From Calcarisporiella thermophila CBS 279.70 (Eukaryota > Fungi > Calcarisporiellomycota): a stretch of 64,000 nucleotides of DNA. The position numbers were made by a program, and so were the translations under genes. This document shows positions 13,122 to 26,467 of the stretch, in pieces. Position 1 is the first letter of the stretch. Each line of letters opens with the position of its first letter. The notes under the pieces were generated by a model. The model was not told the origin of the DNA, searched no databases, and saw nothing but the letters and a program-made list of their open reading frames with translations. The stretch is taken from positions 562,952 to 626,951 of the forward strand of contig NW_027192209.1 of the NCBI RefSeq assembly GCF_041956535.1. The letters are read 5' to 3'.

Positions 13122-14229
13122 ATGAAGCTGTATCTGATCACCGTGCTTGGCCTGCTTGGCCTGGCCTCCTCCGCCTCTGCCGGCCCAAAGCCAACCCGGC
13201 GCGGTGCTAAGCATGTGCACCGAGCAGACCTCGCGGCCTCTGCGAAGAAGCATAGCGCGAATAGCGTGAGGGGGAAGATGCTGGGCGCGGCCGGCGACGA
13301 AGACGTGAAGATTCTATCGCACAACGTGTTCCTGTTCTACAAGAACATCTATCCCCGCTGGGGACAGGACCACCGGGCTCGGGAAATCGCCAAGGCCAAC
13401 TTCATCGACGGGCACGACGTCGTGATTTTCCAGGAGATGTTCGAAAAGTAAGGCCTCCCTCGCCAACGGCCTGGCCTGTTTCCTTTCCATCTAAACCACT
13501 TTTTGGTGTAGGAGCGCAACGAACATCCTCCAGAAGGATCTCAAGGTCAAATATCCCTACCAAACCGCCGTGACCGGTCGCTCCAAGGGCGACTGGGACG
13601 CCACGTCGGGCAACTGGTGCAAGCTCTGCCCCGCCTCCGGCGGTGTCGCGGTGGCCTCCAAGCACAAGATCGTGGAACGCCGCCAGCACGTCTTCAATCA
13701 GGGATGCGGGTGGGACTACTACGCCAACAAAGGGTTTGCCTACGTGAAGATCGAGCGGAACGGCCGATTCATGCATGTGATTGCGACGCACACCCAGGCC
13801 GACGACGACCGGTGTTCGGGCAACAAGGCGCGCGACGTGCGCACCACGCAGTTCGAGGAGATCCGCGACTACGTCAAGAACCTCAAGATCCCCAAGGAGG
13901 AGCCCATTTTCATCGGCGGCGACATGAATGTGGATAAAAGCAGCGGCGAGTACGCGTCGATGCTCCGCATCCTGAACGCACAGCCCGCCGACAGCTACAA
14001 GGGCTGGCCCTCCACCTACGATCCCGCGACGAACTCGATCGTGAAGAACCGCGATCCAAAGTCGGCGCCCCACTACTTCGACTTTGTCCTCGTGGACAAG
14101 GATCACGCCGTCCCCAAGTCGGCCGTCCAGGACGCCCTCAAGGTCAAACCGGCGCCCTATACGCTGGCCGGGGAGCAGTACGATGACTACTCTGACCACT
14201 ATCCAGTGGCATGGACCGGGGCCTTCTAG
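13122..14229 (+). CDS. Secreted neutral sphingomyelinase C of bacterial type (beta-hemolysin/SMase family, DNase I-like fold)
   Basis: Signal peptide MKLYLITVLGLLGLASSASA. Motifs KILSHNV..YPRWGQ..RA, DVVIFQEMF, YPYQTAVTGRS, GGVAVASK, GCG.DY.ANKGF, THTQA, GGDMNV, DYSDHYPV. One intron 13448-13511 restores the frame. Confidence 0.93.
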
Positions 14230-14858
14230 CGGTCTGCCAAGCTTTACAAATTAATCCAAAGGCATCTTTATTACCCCTCTTCCCGTGTATTTCTATTAAT
14301 GCTACTCTTCCGCCTGTTTTTCGGCGTTGAATAAACCGCCAATTTGCAATTTCATTTTCCTCATTCTAGAAATCCCTTTTTCTCTCCAAGCGGATGGAAA
14401 TTCCGAGCCCCAATGGCAAGCGAACCAGCCAAATTGGGGGATTCGCCGGGTAAACCTTTGCCTATGGACGGCTTCCCCCTCTCTATTTAGACTTAAGCTT
14501 TTGAGTACATTGTACAGTCCCCCACTTGTGTTAAGGTCCGCTTTCCATCACATGGGGATAGAACCACAAGGAAGCAAGCTTGAAATCTCCAAAAAAAAAG
14601 AAACTATATATAGATATATTTTATGTTCTTTACACACCCAATGGGGATAAAGCATGTCCATAGGCTTTGAAAAACTAGCCCACCTAGGCCGTATGGATCC
14701 CGGGCCATAGGAGGGGGGTCTTCGAGTTGACTATATTGAAGCGGGCGTGCTTGGACCAGTTAGAGCCCCGGGCAGGCTCGGATGATATAGATCCACCGTC
14801 ACTGTATCTGGTATCTGCAAGGTGATTTGCCTGAAATAGATAAGGGAAGCAAGCAAAT

Positions 14859-16735
14859 CTAATGCTCATCCACCTCCATCAGCTTGCGATACTTGTACTG
14901 GTCTTCGAGCATCGCCTTGAACACTTTGTATTTGCCCTCATACAAGCGGAGCTTCTCCTGGTCGCTGGTGGGGTGTACAACCCCGCCCGCGTTCCCCATC
15001 CGCCTCATCACCTCCCAGAGGCCCATGCCTCGGCGGTTGGGTCCAAAGGGCTGCTCTTGGACGGGCGCCGCCGGACAATGGGTGGAGGTCGGGAACCGTT
15101 GCGTCTGGCTCAGCTCTTCGGCAGCGCAGGCGCCGAGGATGGCGGCGCCAAGCACCACGGCCCCCTCCTCGTACTTGGGCAGCACCACACGACATCGAGT
15201 GATGTTGGAGTGTAGCGTCACAAAAACCGGATTTTGACAGAGCCCCCCCGACAAGAACAGGGTATCGATGGCGTGGCCCGCCGCGTTCAATGTCTCGATA
15301 ATGTGCCTGGCCTGGCACGCAATCGCCTGCAGAGTCGCGTAGTAGAGCAAGGCCAGGTCGTCTAGCGAGTTGTCGAGCGAAAGGCCGACGATCGCGCCCC
15401 GTAGATTTGGGTCCGCGACCGGGGAGCGATTGCCGTGGAAATCGGGATAGACGTGATAGTGTTGGGTGAGTCTCTCCATGTGGCCGACCTTGCGAGAATC
15501 GACCAACTCAAGCAAATATTCGTTCAGAAACTGGTAGATAGAGAGGTCTTTTTCGGCAGCCTTTTCTCTGGCCTGCCGCGCGCACGGATGGTTGGAAACA
15601 AGGTGGTCGATGAGCTGGCCTACCGCGGATTGGCCTGGTACTGTCACCCACATCCCAGGGATCATAATGGAGTGGAAGGGCCCCCAAATCCCCTTTACAA
15701 ACACAGGCTCCGGCGACAGGGCAATGTGCACACTCGAGGTCCCACAAATGATGGCGAGACGGTTTGGGGCGGGGGTTTCGAGGGATGTTCCGGGCGACCG
15801 TGGGCCGGGATCTTGCTGCGGTAGGTCCACGCCAATGGTCGCGATCGCCCCCGCAAAAGCGTCAATGACCGCGGCCCCAACAGGGAGGCCGAGAGGTAGA
15901 TTCATTGCTTCCGCCGCCTCCTGAGAGAGAACTCCAACAGCTTCGCCCGCGTAGCCAATCTTGGTGTGCCTCCCTCCATACCGGCGGAAGTCCTCGCGGG
16001 CAAGTTCGCCAAGCCCAATCTGCTCCATGAAGTCGTCGTTCCACCCCGTGGACCATTCTATCTCCCTCGGTACGTACACGCACTTGCACACGAGGGAGCA
16101 CTGTGCTCGTGATTGGGAACCCGTCGCGCGGAAAGTGAGAAAGTCGGGGAGATTAAACACATAGGCGACACGATCCCACGTGGAGGCTGGCATGTTTTCT
16201 TTGAGCCAGAGGACCTTCGGCAGCTCCATCTCATGACCAATTTTGCCCCCGACATATTGCAAGACGGGATGTCCGGTGGCGGTGATCCGCCTCGCTTGGT
16301 TCTCAGCACGGTGGTCCATCCAGAGTATAACGTTGCGATGGTCTAGTGTGAAATCGGAGAGCGGGTCAACCGACACTCCGCCGCCATCGGCATCCAAGAT
16401 GGCAAGAGAAGAGGTGGCGTCGAAGCCAATTCCTTTTATCTGGTTCCCTGTCACGGTAGGGACTTGGGCCATAACATCCCGCACAGAGAGGCATAATTGA
16501 TCCCAAATGTCGGTTGTGGATTGTTCATAGTAGCCATCACGGGGATGGAATATGGCGAGGGGTTTGGATGCAAGGGCAATAATATTGCCCCCCGAGTCTA
16601 CAACACCTGCTCGCACCGAGCTGTTTGAGAGGGCCAATATTCAGTTAGAGTCCACGATTTAACCAGGATATTGCTTCATTCGCACCTTGTTCCTACATCC
16701 ACACCAATATAATACGATTCTCCTTCCGATGACAT
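14859..16735 (-). CDS. FGGY-family carbohydrate kinase (D-ribulokinase YDR109C-like)
   Basis: MSSEGESYYIGVDVGTS | SVRAGVVD; GIGFDATSSL; VILWMDHRA; EMELPKVLWLK; PDFHGNRSP.AD; LSGGLCQN. Confidence 0.93.
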
Positions 16736-17680
16736 TATTTCGTCCGATATAGCAGAGGCAAGATGTTTGGACAGCAAGAGATGGAAAGAAGAGCGACCAC
16801 GGCCAAAATTTCAGCACCCGAATCAAGCCGTTTAAGAATTCTTCAGTAAAAGGTATCTAGACAGGGTGGAGCGGGAGTAGCTCTAGCGTGCACGATAGGG
16901 CTTTGGTCGAGATAGATCGATGGATAATGATATAACCCATATTAAGGAGATCTAGAAGGCTGGGCCATCGTTCCACAAGGATCAAAGCTTAAAATGAGGA
17001 GTTGAGCAACCTTGTATTCTTGGAAGTTACAGCCCCTCTGTACTTGGCCTTTCTAGGAAAATGGCCATGGACGGCACGAGGCGGTGAGGAAATCACACCA
17101 TGGAAGCCTCGCATGCTGTGCAGCATAAGCTGCGGTTTGAGCGGCCTTTGCGGATCTGGTGTGTAAAGTTTGTAAGTAGCGAATAGGCTCCCCAATGGAG
17201 CTGGAGGTCGAGTGTTATGATTCTGGAAGGGTCTGTACTCTAGGCTAGATAAGCTGAAAATAAGGAGAGGCAACGCAAGAGGTGCTGCGCTACGTGAGGG
17301 ATTGCTGAACGTGGCTGTGTTCGCAGTGAGTACAATTTGGCATATATGAAGGCTTCTCTCGTTTGATGAGGCTGAACACTGGAGGCTGGGCTATCCCGTT
17401 GAGACGCCTATGCTCCCCCTGCATTTTGACTTGAAAAAAAAAAAAAAAAAAAAAAAACAAAGGAACGCAGATGCCTATTGAGACGTTGGTCGCAATAGGT
17501 GAAATAGTTGAAGGGATAATTCCCTGATAAATTAGGCACACCAATGGAAGACCCGGTGTCAACTGATTCGATAATCCTAAATACAGAAAACCTTCTTTGA
17601 ATCAGAAACTTTTGAGACGTTAAATTAAACAGCACCCAATACACGGCCATATACAACAAGTTTACCTATACCCCCCTCGA

Positions 17681-19092
17681 ATGCATTACCTACACTTATA
17701 CCCTCTCTTTCTCCTGTGTCTATTACCATTAGCATTAGACGTTGCCACTGGTGCTGCTGTGCCGAGTAGCTTTCCTGTGAAATCTCCAGACCCATCCGTA
17801 GGCGCCCGCTTGATCTCTTTAGAGTAATTTTTATCATTTATTATAAACTAAAGTCCAATGTTTGAAAATGCATTAAACAGTAATGATGCGCCGGCGGTGT
17901 GGATGTCATCCGACGAAGTACAAGCACTTGCGCGGCAGAGAAGAAGCTTTTTCGATGTCACTGATTTTCAAGTGGGTTTCTCTGAATCGACACGCCCAAA
18001 TTAACCCATTCTTATTCCTATAATCGCTTGGAACCTCACGGTAAACTAGGAGGCCAATCCCGTCAGTCCCCAACCGACGCGCCCCGTGATTCCCAAATTG
18101 GCTACAAAGCAAACACTAGTCAATCCCCTTCTCGCCAAGCTCTCTATCGATCGGATGAAGGCTGACCTGGAAGCATTCACTTCGTTCCCCAACCGCTACT
18201 ATCAAAGTGCGGAAGGGGTGAAGTCAGCAACCTGGCTGCTCGATCAGATCTCTCAGATTTTCAATACCACCCAGGGTGTGAATGCAACTCTCAAAGTGTT
18301 TCAGCACGCGTTCCCCCAGTTCTCTCTTGTGGTGCGCCTGGAGGGCAGTAACCCGCAGCATGCCGATGAAATCGTGGTGCTAGGAGCCCACCAAGACACC
18401 ATCAATCTTCAAGATACCCTGGGCAGAGCGCCTGGGGCAGACGACGACGGCACTGGATCGGTCACTTTGCTCGAGATTCTGCGCGTGCTCACCTCGTCCA
18501 AATTTACCCCCGAACGATCCCTCGAATTCCACTGGTATGCTGCCGAGGAGGTTGGCTTGCTTGGCTCACAACAGATTGCCTACAGCTATCGTAACGCCTC
18601 CAAAAAGATTGCCGGCCAGCTGCAAATCGATATGACCGGCTATGTTGCCCCGGGCCAACCGGAGGCTTTTGGAGTGGTCACCGATTATGTGGACGCGGAG
18701 TTGTCGGCCTTCTTGCGGAAAGTGGTGGGGGCGTATTCATCCGTGCCCTACAAAGATACCCTGTGTGGATACGGATGCTCTGATTTTGCGAGTTGGACGA
18801 AGTCGGGGTATCCGTCTGCCTTTTTGTAAGTACATGGGGTGGAGGCATTGGAAGCGCCGTGGTTTTTCAAACGAATTCTCGTGGGCCCGGTTCGCCTCAT
18901 GGTCCTAACGTGCCTCTATTTTGCAATAGGTTCGAGTCCGTGCCCGACGTCTCAAACCCATTCATACACTCAGCTGAGGATACCATAGCCCTCATTGATT
19001 GGAAGCATGCGGGCGAGTATGCCAAGGTAGCCCTGGGATTTGCGGTTGAGCTGAGCTTCGGCCCTAATATGGCCAGCCATCACGGCAAATAA
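17681..19092 (+). CDS. Secreted leucine aminopeptidase (M28, Lap1-type), multi-exon
   Basis: Signal peptide from ATG 17681; propeptide RLISLD..AVWMSSDE...FFDVTD; GAHQDT, APGADDDGTG, WYAAEEVGLLGS, CGYGCSD, NPFIHSAED. Confidence 0.92.
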
Positions 19093-19490
19093 GTGTCCTT
19101 TTGATATACCTGTTGTTCAATACCACTAGGGATGCATATACATATGGGTGGATGGCTATTTAATATTTATTGTCTTCTATACTACTACCTCTCTATCTTT
19201 ATTCGTGTATACATGACCCATTCCATATTATTTCAATGAACTATAAAGGATTTTAATTGTACCCCGGTACCCACACTACGCTCGCGCCTCGAGAGGCCTT
19301 CCAATTCCCACCCTAGCATGCATCCCCTTTGGATGGACTCGGTGGTCCTGGATATCGAGGTGGAGATAGGAGAAAAATATACTTTATTGGTAGAGAGAAG
19401 AAAAAAATGTGGTGTGATAAAATAAAACAGGTTTAACCCTGAAGCCCCCTCCCATGCTTACTAGGGCGTGGTTAGAGGGTGTCTATCAGG

Positions 19491-21468
19491 CTATTCTTCC
19501 TGCGGCTGCGAATGACCCTCTCCGCCCGCGCCCTCTGTCTCCCCCTCCGCGCGGCGACCCTTCCCCTTGCGCTCGCGATGGTAGTACTCCTGCAGAACCT
19601 TTTGGGGAATACGATTAAGCATCTCCTTGGGGAAGATGCGCAGCAAGGACCATGCTAGGTCAAGGGATTCGAAAATGGTGCGGGATTCGTAGGGACCTGT
19701 CACGCAACATGCGTTTGGTTAGTGACCTTCATCCTCAATGCCTGCGCGGCAAACCACTCATTCACTCAATCTCAATACCTTGTGCAATGAATGTCCGCTC
19801 GAACTTGTCTAAAAATTCGAGGGCCAGTTTATCTTCTTGACTGAGGGCCTCCTCTCCCACCACGGCCTTCATCGCCGCAGCATCCTTTCCAATTGCGTAT
19901 TTAGCATACAACTGATTGGACACATCGCCGTGGTCCTTGCGGGTCATACCCTCCCCGATGGCCGATTTCATGAGACGAGAAAGCGACGGGAGCACGTTAA
20001 TGGGCGGGTAAATCTGCCGGTTGTGTAGCTGGCGATCAATGAAGATCTGGCCCTCTGTGATGTATCCCGTTAAGTCAGGGATCGGGTGGGTGATATCTAG
20101 CATCGATGAGGACAGTTGGGTGAGAGGCAGAATGATTAGGAGACACCCGGCATAGACTTACCGTCGTTGGGCATGGTTAAAATCGGGATTTGTGTGATGG
20201 AGCCGTTGCGTCCCTCAACACGCCCGGCACGTTCATAAATGGTGGACAAATCCGTGTACATGTAACCCGGATAACCACGACGACCAGGAACTTCTTCTCG
20301 TGCGGCAGAAATCTAAGGTGGAAGAATAAGCTCGGGAGCTCAAGGGATAAAGGGTGGGCCATGGAATATATCTGGTGATTTACCTCACGAAGAGCGTCCG
20401 CATAGGAGGTCATGTCTGTCAAAATCACAAGCACGTGCTTCTCCAGCTGGTAGGCGTAATATTCTGCCGTTGTCAGGGCAAGACGCGGGGTGATAATACG
20501 CTCGATAGTGGGGTCATTTGCCAAATTGAGGAAGAGAGTGACACGCTCGAGCGAGCCGTTCTCTTCGAAATCTTGCTTGAAGAAGCGAGCAGTCTCCATG
20601 TTGACACCCATGGCAGCGAACACGATCGAGAAGTTGTCTTCGTGCCCATCGTGCACGTCCTTCGTGGGACGAACCAGGCCAGCTTGACGACAAATTTGAG
20701 CAGCAATCTAGCACCCCCATTAAGTAAATTCAGCCAAAAAAACGAGGAAGGGAAGGGTTCGCAAAGGGCAGTCTCACCTCATTATGGGGTAAACTACTCG
20801 CCGAGAAGATTGGAATTTTTTGGCCACGGGCAATGGAATTCATCACGTCAATGGCCGAAATTCCAGTCTGGATCATTTCTTGAGGATATAGACGCGAGGA
20901 AGGATTAATGGGCGAGCCGTTAATGTCCAAGAAGTCCTCTGCAAACACCTTGGGGCCTTTGTCAATGGGTTTCCCGGAGCCGTTGAAAATACGGCCAAGC
21001 ATATCTTCCGACACAGGCGTCTTAAGCGTTTCTCCCGTAAATTCAATGTGTGTTCGTTTTACATCGATTCCAGGAGTGCCCTCAAACACCTGGACAATGG
21101 CCTTTTTGCCTTGAACTTCGAGCACTTGCCCCGCACGTTTTGTGCCATCTCCCAGCGTGAGCTCAACAATTTCATTGAATTGCGCAAACTGAATGGTAAA
21201 TGGTAAGATGAAACATCACAAGATGGGCCAGGCCTCGGAGAGGGAACAATCTACGTTACCTTAACATTATCGAGGATGACAAGGGGACCATTGACACCGG
21301 AGACAGTGCGATAATCTAAATAAAAAACAATAGATTCGCCAATCGAGCTTCTCCTTTTATTTTCGTTCTTGATGTTTTACCAATGCGTGGGTCAGCGATG
21401 TAGTCTCGTGTCACCGCCGCCGCGTTAATAGCAAGGGCTTCCCTAGCACTAATGCGCGGATCTGCCAT
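19491..21468 (-). CDS. VMA2: V-type proton ATPase subunit B, multi-exon
   Basis: [72 protein letters not shown]. Confidence 0.98.
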
Positions 21469-21717
21469 ATTTTGTTTTTGAAATTCTAAAGCTGGAGGGA
21501 TAAATTGCTATTCAAAAAAATAAGCCAGATGCAAATGGAGGGGCGCGCTCAGAGGAATGAATAGCAAGCGCTTCTCTAAGTTCTCCCGGGGAACGTCATT
21601 GGGTGGCTTATCAGACCATGATCTTTACCCGACCTCTTTCAATTCCATTTTATTTTCTTGCTATTTTTTTGCAAGATCACGGTCAATTTTTTTGATTAGG
21701 GGTCGTACGCTTACAAG

Positions 21718-22274
21718 ATGCTTATCAAGGTCAAGGTAAGCAAGCGTTTGTTGTCTATTCGGCGTATGATTAAGCGATCTGTTGATTCATGTTTAATTTA
21801 ACGCGTTCAATTCTTTCAATGACTTGATTCTTCTACAGACGCTCACAGGCAAAGAGGTAAAAGAAGGGAAAAAAAAAGCATTCGATTTGATTGTTAGATT
21901 GAAAAGTATTCAATTTTGATACAACTAGATCGAAATCGATATTGAGCCCCATGATAAGGTTGGGCAGAGAGGCCTCTTCATTTTCTAACATGAGATTTCC
22001 CGACTAACACAAAGGATTCGCATGACAGATCAGTAGAATCAAGGAGCGAGTAGAGGAAAAAGAGGGTATCCCGCCACCACAGCAGCGGTTGATTTTCGGT
22101 GGCAAGCAAATGTAGGTGTATTTCGCTCTATGCTGGATACTTTTACAATGACTAATTGGGGGGCGGAAATGGAAATGGGGGTGATCTAGGGCGGATGAAA
22201 AGACGGCGAATGATTATCACATTGAGGGGGGATCAGTGCTGCATCTGGTTCTAGCTTTGCGCGGGGGATGTTAA
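21718..22274 (+). CDS. RUB1: Ubiquitin-like protein NEDD8/Rub1, 5 exons (not in ORF track)
   Basis: Spliced by hand: MLIKVK|TLTGKE|IEIDIEPHDK|ISRIKERVEEKEGIPPPQQRLIFGGKQM|ADEKTANDYHIEGGSVLHLVLALRGGC*. Confidence 0.96.
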
Positions 22275-22596
22275 CGATGAATGGATGAGAATGAATGCAT
22301 GTTAAAATAATAAATATCACGGCTATAGAAGACAATTTAAGCAGCAATTATCGTTGAAACACAGCGTCCCGGTTGGAAGTCTCAGCCGGGATTTGCGATA
22401 AAACAAATTAAAATTGTGAAATGCGAAGGTTCTCGATATCACTCCCTATCTTCTGAGTCCTTTTTGGCTTCCTTTATTCTATTTTGTGTTTGTTTTTCCA
22501 CTATCTCTTGTTCCCTTATTTTAACTCCCCTTTTCAACCCCTTCCCCCTTTCACCCTCTTTTCTCCTGATACGCCTCTGCAACACTTTCAGAGATT

Positions 22597-23706
22597 ATGA
22601 AAGCGTCGCATCACGTCGACTACCTTGCCCATTCCTGGACTCTGCCTCAGCTCTATCGTTGCCACCGTGCAATCAAATCCGATTTTCGCCGCACGAAACA
22701 GCAGCTTCAACGGCATGAAGAGGAGGAGGCCGAATGGAATGGGCTCACCCCGGAGGACGAATGCAAGGAATGGGATGATATATGCTGCATTATGCGCTAT
22801 CGAGCTCTACTTCTAGAATACCACCACAACATAAGACTTCAGAATGCGGTGTGGCGACAATGGGCGCGGCTTGCGAGTGGCCAAAATTTGGTCGATCCTA
22901 GGTCTCTCAACTGGTAAGGTCCCCATGGGTTTGTGAGCCATGCGAGCCGCCCTGCTGACTCTTCTTCTGATAATAGGGCCAAGGATTATGACATCACATG
23001 GTGATTATTGCTCTTCATTGGTATTCTTTCATTTCAATGGCTGAGCCTGCTCTACCCCCTCCTCTCTTTCCCACTTAGGCTTCTGGGGCCGCTCTACTTT
23101 TCAGAAGACAAAGACATCGATTTTCTCGATGATGAACCAACAAGTATACCCACCACACCCGTCCACTCAGCCCCTTCTACCCCCGGCACATTGAAGCCAG
23201 TCCTCAAGCGGCGCACCCGCGCGCAAGAATTGGACGACCTAAGGGAGAGTGCGCTCCTATTGAACTCGAAGGGAGTAAGCAGATTTGAGGGCCCCGGGAA
23301 GTGTCAGGGGACGAAGAAATCATTGCGCTTTGATCTGCGGGAGAGGGAGCGTCGGTGGTCGATGCCGACGTTCGAGCCCTCCTCCTCACGCTTTGGAATA
23401 GGGCTGCATCGCTGGGATGCCTACCGTGCGCTCGAGGAGGTGACTGAAGAGAAGGAGGAAGAGGAGGAGGGGGAGACGGTGATCGGGGATGAGGATGGGA
23501 GAGACATTGTGCTTGAGCAGCTCAGCAGTGGCAAGTGGACCCAGAGCGAGTGGAATCGAGTCAGCCTGTGTTTGGACAAGTTGCCGCCGGCCCACTACCT
23601 TCCACACCGCGGGGGAGCGGACGCAGAAAAACCGACCCTTCTGTCGAACCTAAAAGACCTCGCTGATTTTTGCGTCGCCGTGATCTTCTACAGCAATATA
23701 TTCTAA
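22597..23706 (+). CDS. Reg1-like DUF1752 protein (putative PP1 regulatory subunit)
   Basis: HVDYLAHSW...RLQNAVWRQW...VDPRSLNW|AKDYDITW|LLGPLY (24-nt middle exon ~22977-23000); LKPVLKRRT; KKSLRF RVxF-like motif. Confidence 0.75.
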
Positions 23707-24146
23707 TTTATTTCATCAATTTGCCAATTTTGTGTGTTTGTACTGTGTTACTATGGCGAGAATGTCAAAATATCTATTATCATCATATTTTTTTTTCTTG
23801 TGTATATGTTTTTTTTAATTTTTTTCCTTGGGTGTAACTATTATTGAATTGCTTTTCCATTTCTCTAGCCGGCCTTTCTCCCCCTCAACTTCCTCTCCCC
23901 CTGCCGCCTCTCCCGCTCGTCTCATCTCCCCCCCCCCTCTTTTACCACCGAAGCCCACCGTGCTTAATACATAGTGTTTCGGTTAAAATAGGTAGAGAAA
24001 AACAATTTGGATCATGAAATTTCCCTTGAAGCTTGTGACACAATTCCGCGGATTTAACACTCCACGTGAAAATCTATTCTGGGTATTAACAGAGACTACT
24101 ATAGTGAAGCCCTTTTTATTATAGGGACTTAGTTCAGCTAATCGCA

Positions 24147-25280
24147 ATGCAGACACTCCAGCGTCCGGACGGCATGAAGCTAGCGTACTGCTTGCTGGGC
24201 GAGAACACGGGAAGAATCCCATTGATAATGGTTAGAATTTCGATACTCGCTCAACCATGATCCCATATTAACCTATGCGTGTGTTATGGACAGATCTGTG
24301 GAATGTAGAATATCCTTGATGCTCTGAAGACTTGCGCCTCTCTAACCCATGTATTTATGATCCATTCAAGGTCGATGGCGATGGGAGATTGGCATCCATT
24401 CTGCGATGGTATTCAATGTCTCTGTATTATTCTAGAATCCTAGGTTCATAACCATGAGTTATGCGTTAGAATTGGCAAAGCATCGACAGGTTTTAATCTT
24501 CGACAATCGTGGGATCGGTAAATCGTTTCCGATGGCAAAGACACCCCTAACTATTGAGGTTATGGTGGAGGATATTATTGCGCTTGCCAACCATGTGGGC
24601 TGGAGAGATGTGAGCCTCCTCGGATTTTCAATGGGCGGAATGCTTGCCCAGCACTTGGCAATGCGGGAGAATAGTGGGCTGCGTGTGCATAGGCTAATTC
24701 TCACCGGAACGTGAGTTGGTTTCCGGTTTATCTTTGCGTATACTCATGCCCTAGCGGCTCCACTCTGCTAATACTTTTATGTTCCTTGCACCATATTTTC
24801 AATCGCTCTAGGGCTCCATGTATGCCGGAGTCGCCTAAGCTCTATGCAACCATGATGAGTGCAGTCGAGCAGACGAGCTCCGGCACATTCGACAAGGCCG
24901 CGAAAGCACGGTATTTCTATGACTTTGTGGCGCTTAACTACACTCCCGAGTGGATCCAAAACCGTCCCGGCGACTTCCGCAGGCGCCTGGAAGATCTCGC
25001 TACACGGAAGCGTTCGCAGGCAGTGTTGTTTGCTCAAGCAGAGGCATTGACGGCGCATGATTTAAGGGAGGAGCTGCCAAAGCTTCGCCTTCCCACGCTG
25101 ATTGTTCATGGAGATGGAGATGAATTGATCGATGTTGAGGTGGCCAAGGAGACCCACCGATTGATTCCCAATTCTCGGCTGCACATTCTACCGGGGGTGG
25201 GCCATATGTATTTTGACATGAAACCAGAAATTGCCGGCGTGATTGAGCAGTTTTTGCGAGAAGGGGAGCCTAAACTGTAA
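24147..25280 (+). CDS. Alpha/beta-fold hydrolase (enol-lactonase/RutD-like), multi-exon
   Basis: MQTLQRPDGMKLAY...LIM|ICGM|SMAMGDWHPFCD|ELAKHRQVLIFDNRGIG; nucleophile GFSMGG; VHGDGDELI; GVGHM. Confidence 0.85.
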
Positions 25281-26467
25281 AGGTTAGGCGCATTGTTGTT
25301 TCCATGCTCCTCCTGCCGATTCTTTGGCTACTTGTCGACTAGTTTCCCTTCCATCAATGCATATTTTTTAAGTTTCAGGAAGTATAGGCCATTCTGATTA
25401 ATATGGGAGAAATTGGCCCTCGTGCAAGTAAGATCAGTGCATCACAAACAAAATGATTTAGGCGTATCGAGAAGCCTAATTTTAAGACCCTTTATTGACT
25501 CGATCTTATGAGAGATCTAAACCAAATTGTACATGGAACGAACGAAAAAAAAAATAAATCCATGGGATTTCCAAGTCCTCTTCTGAATCAAGCCACTACA
25601 AGCTCCGTGGAACTTCATGGATTTTTATTTTGATACAGTAGGGAAATTAATATGAACAAGCTGACCGACCATGGATTGAACATATTCACGGAAACGAAAA
25701 AGCCACTGGCTATCCAGGGTGGACTCCTTTGGTGGTTGGGAATTGAAGTAGATTAGCCATGACTCACACGATATGTGAAGCTTTGGCCTCAACTCTTTTT
25801 CATGGAATACTCAAACTTTCATTCTAAAGTGGCGAGAGCTAGTCGGGAGGGGCAGCAAACTGACCTAAAACCAGAGCCATTTGCGAGATTGGGTGCCTTG
25901 AGATCCCTTCATTTGAGACTGCCAAGAAGATAGCTTTATTCAATTAGATTTATCATGCCCATTGTATGGCTATTTCCAATCCAATGACACTATTGCTTCC
26001 CTGGAAATCTTGACCCTAAATTTTGTCATCCCAAGAAATAGTGTCACCCAAGTATAATTTGACATCGAATTGAAAGGAGCAGGCTTAACCAACTTCCTCT
26101 GGAGAGCCGTATGTGACTCCCTCGACAGAACACTAGCCATTTTGATCCGCCCATTCAATCTCGCTTCTTTGCTAAGCATAATATCATGGCGGGTCATTCT
26201 CCCTTTTTCAATGGGAGCGAAGCTCTCTTTGATATGAAGGACCTTGATTTTGAGTTGATCCACCTCCAACCGCTATCTCTCGCTCTATGTCACACCGTGA
26301 CTTGGAGCCATTGAGGCACTTGAATGGGATTTTGACGCGGCGAATAAAGTAGATGGGCATTAAAGGATATATTTATTTTGGGAATTTTATTCAGTTGTGA
26401 GGGTTGGGCGCAACTTAATAAATTAGGGGGTTTAATACAAAAGCAAAAAATTCTCGGTTGGAGCCGA

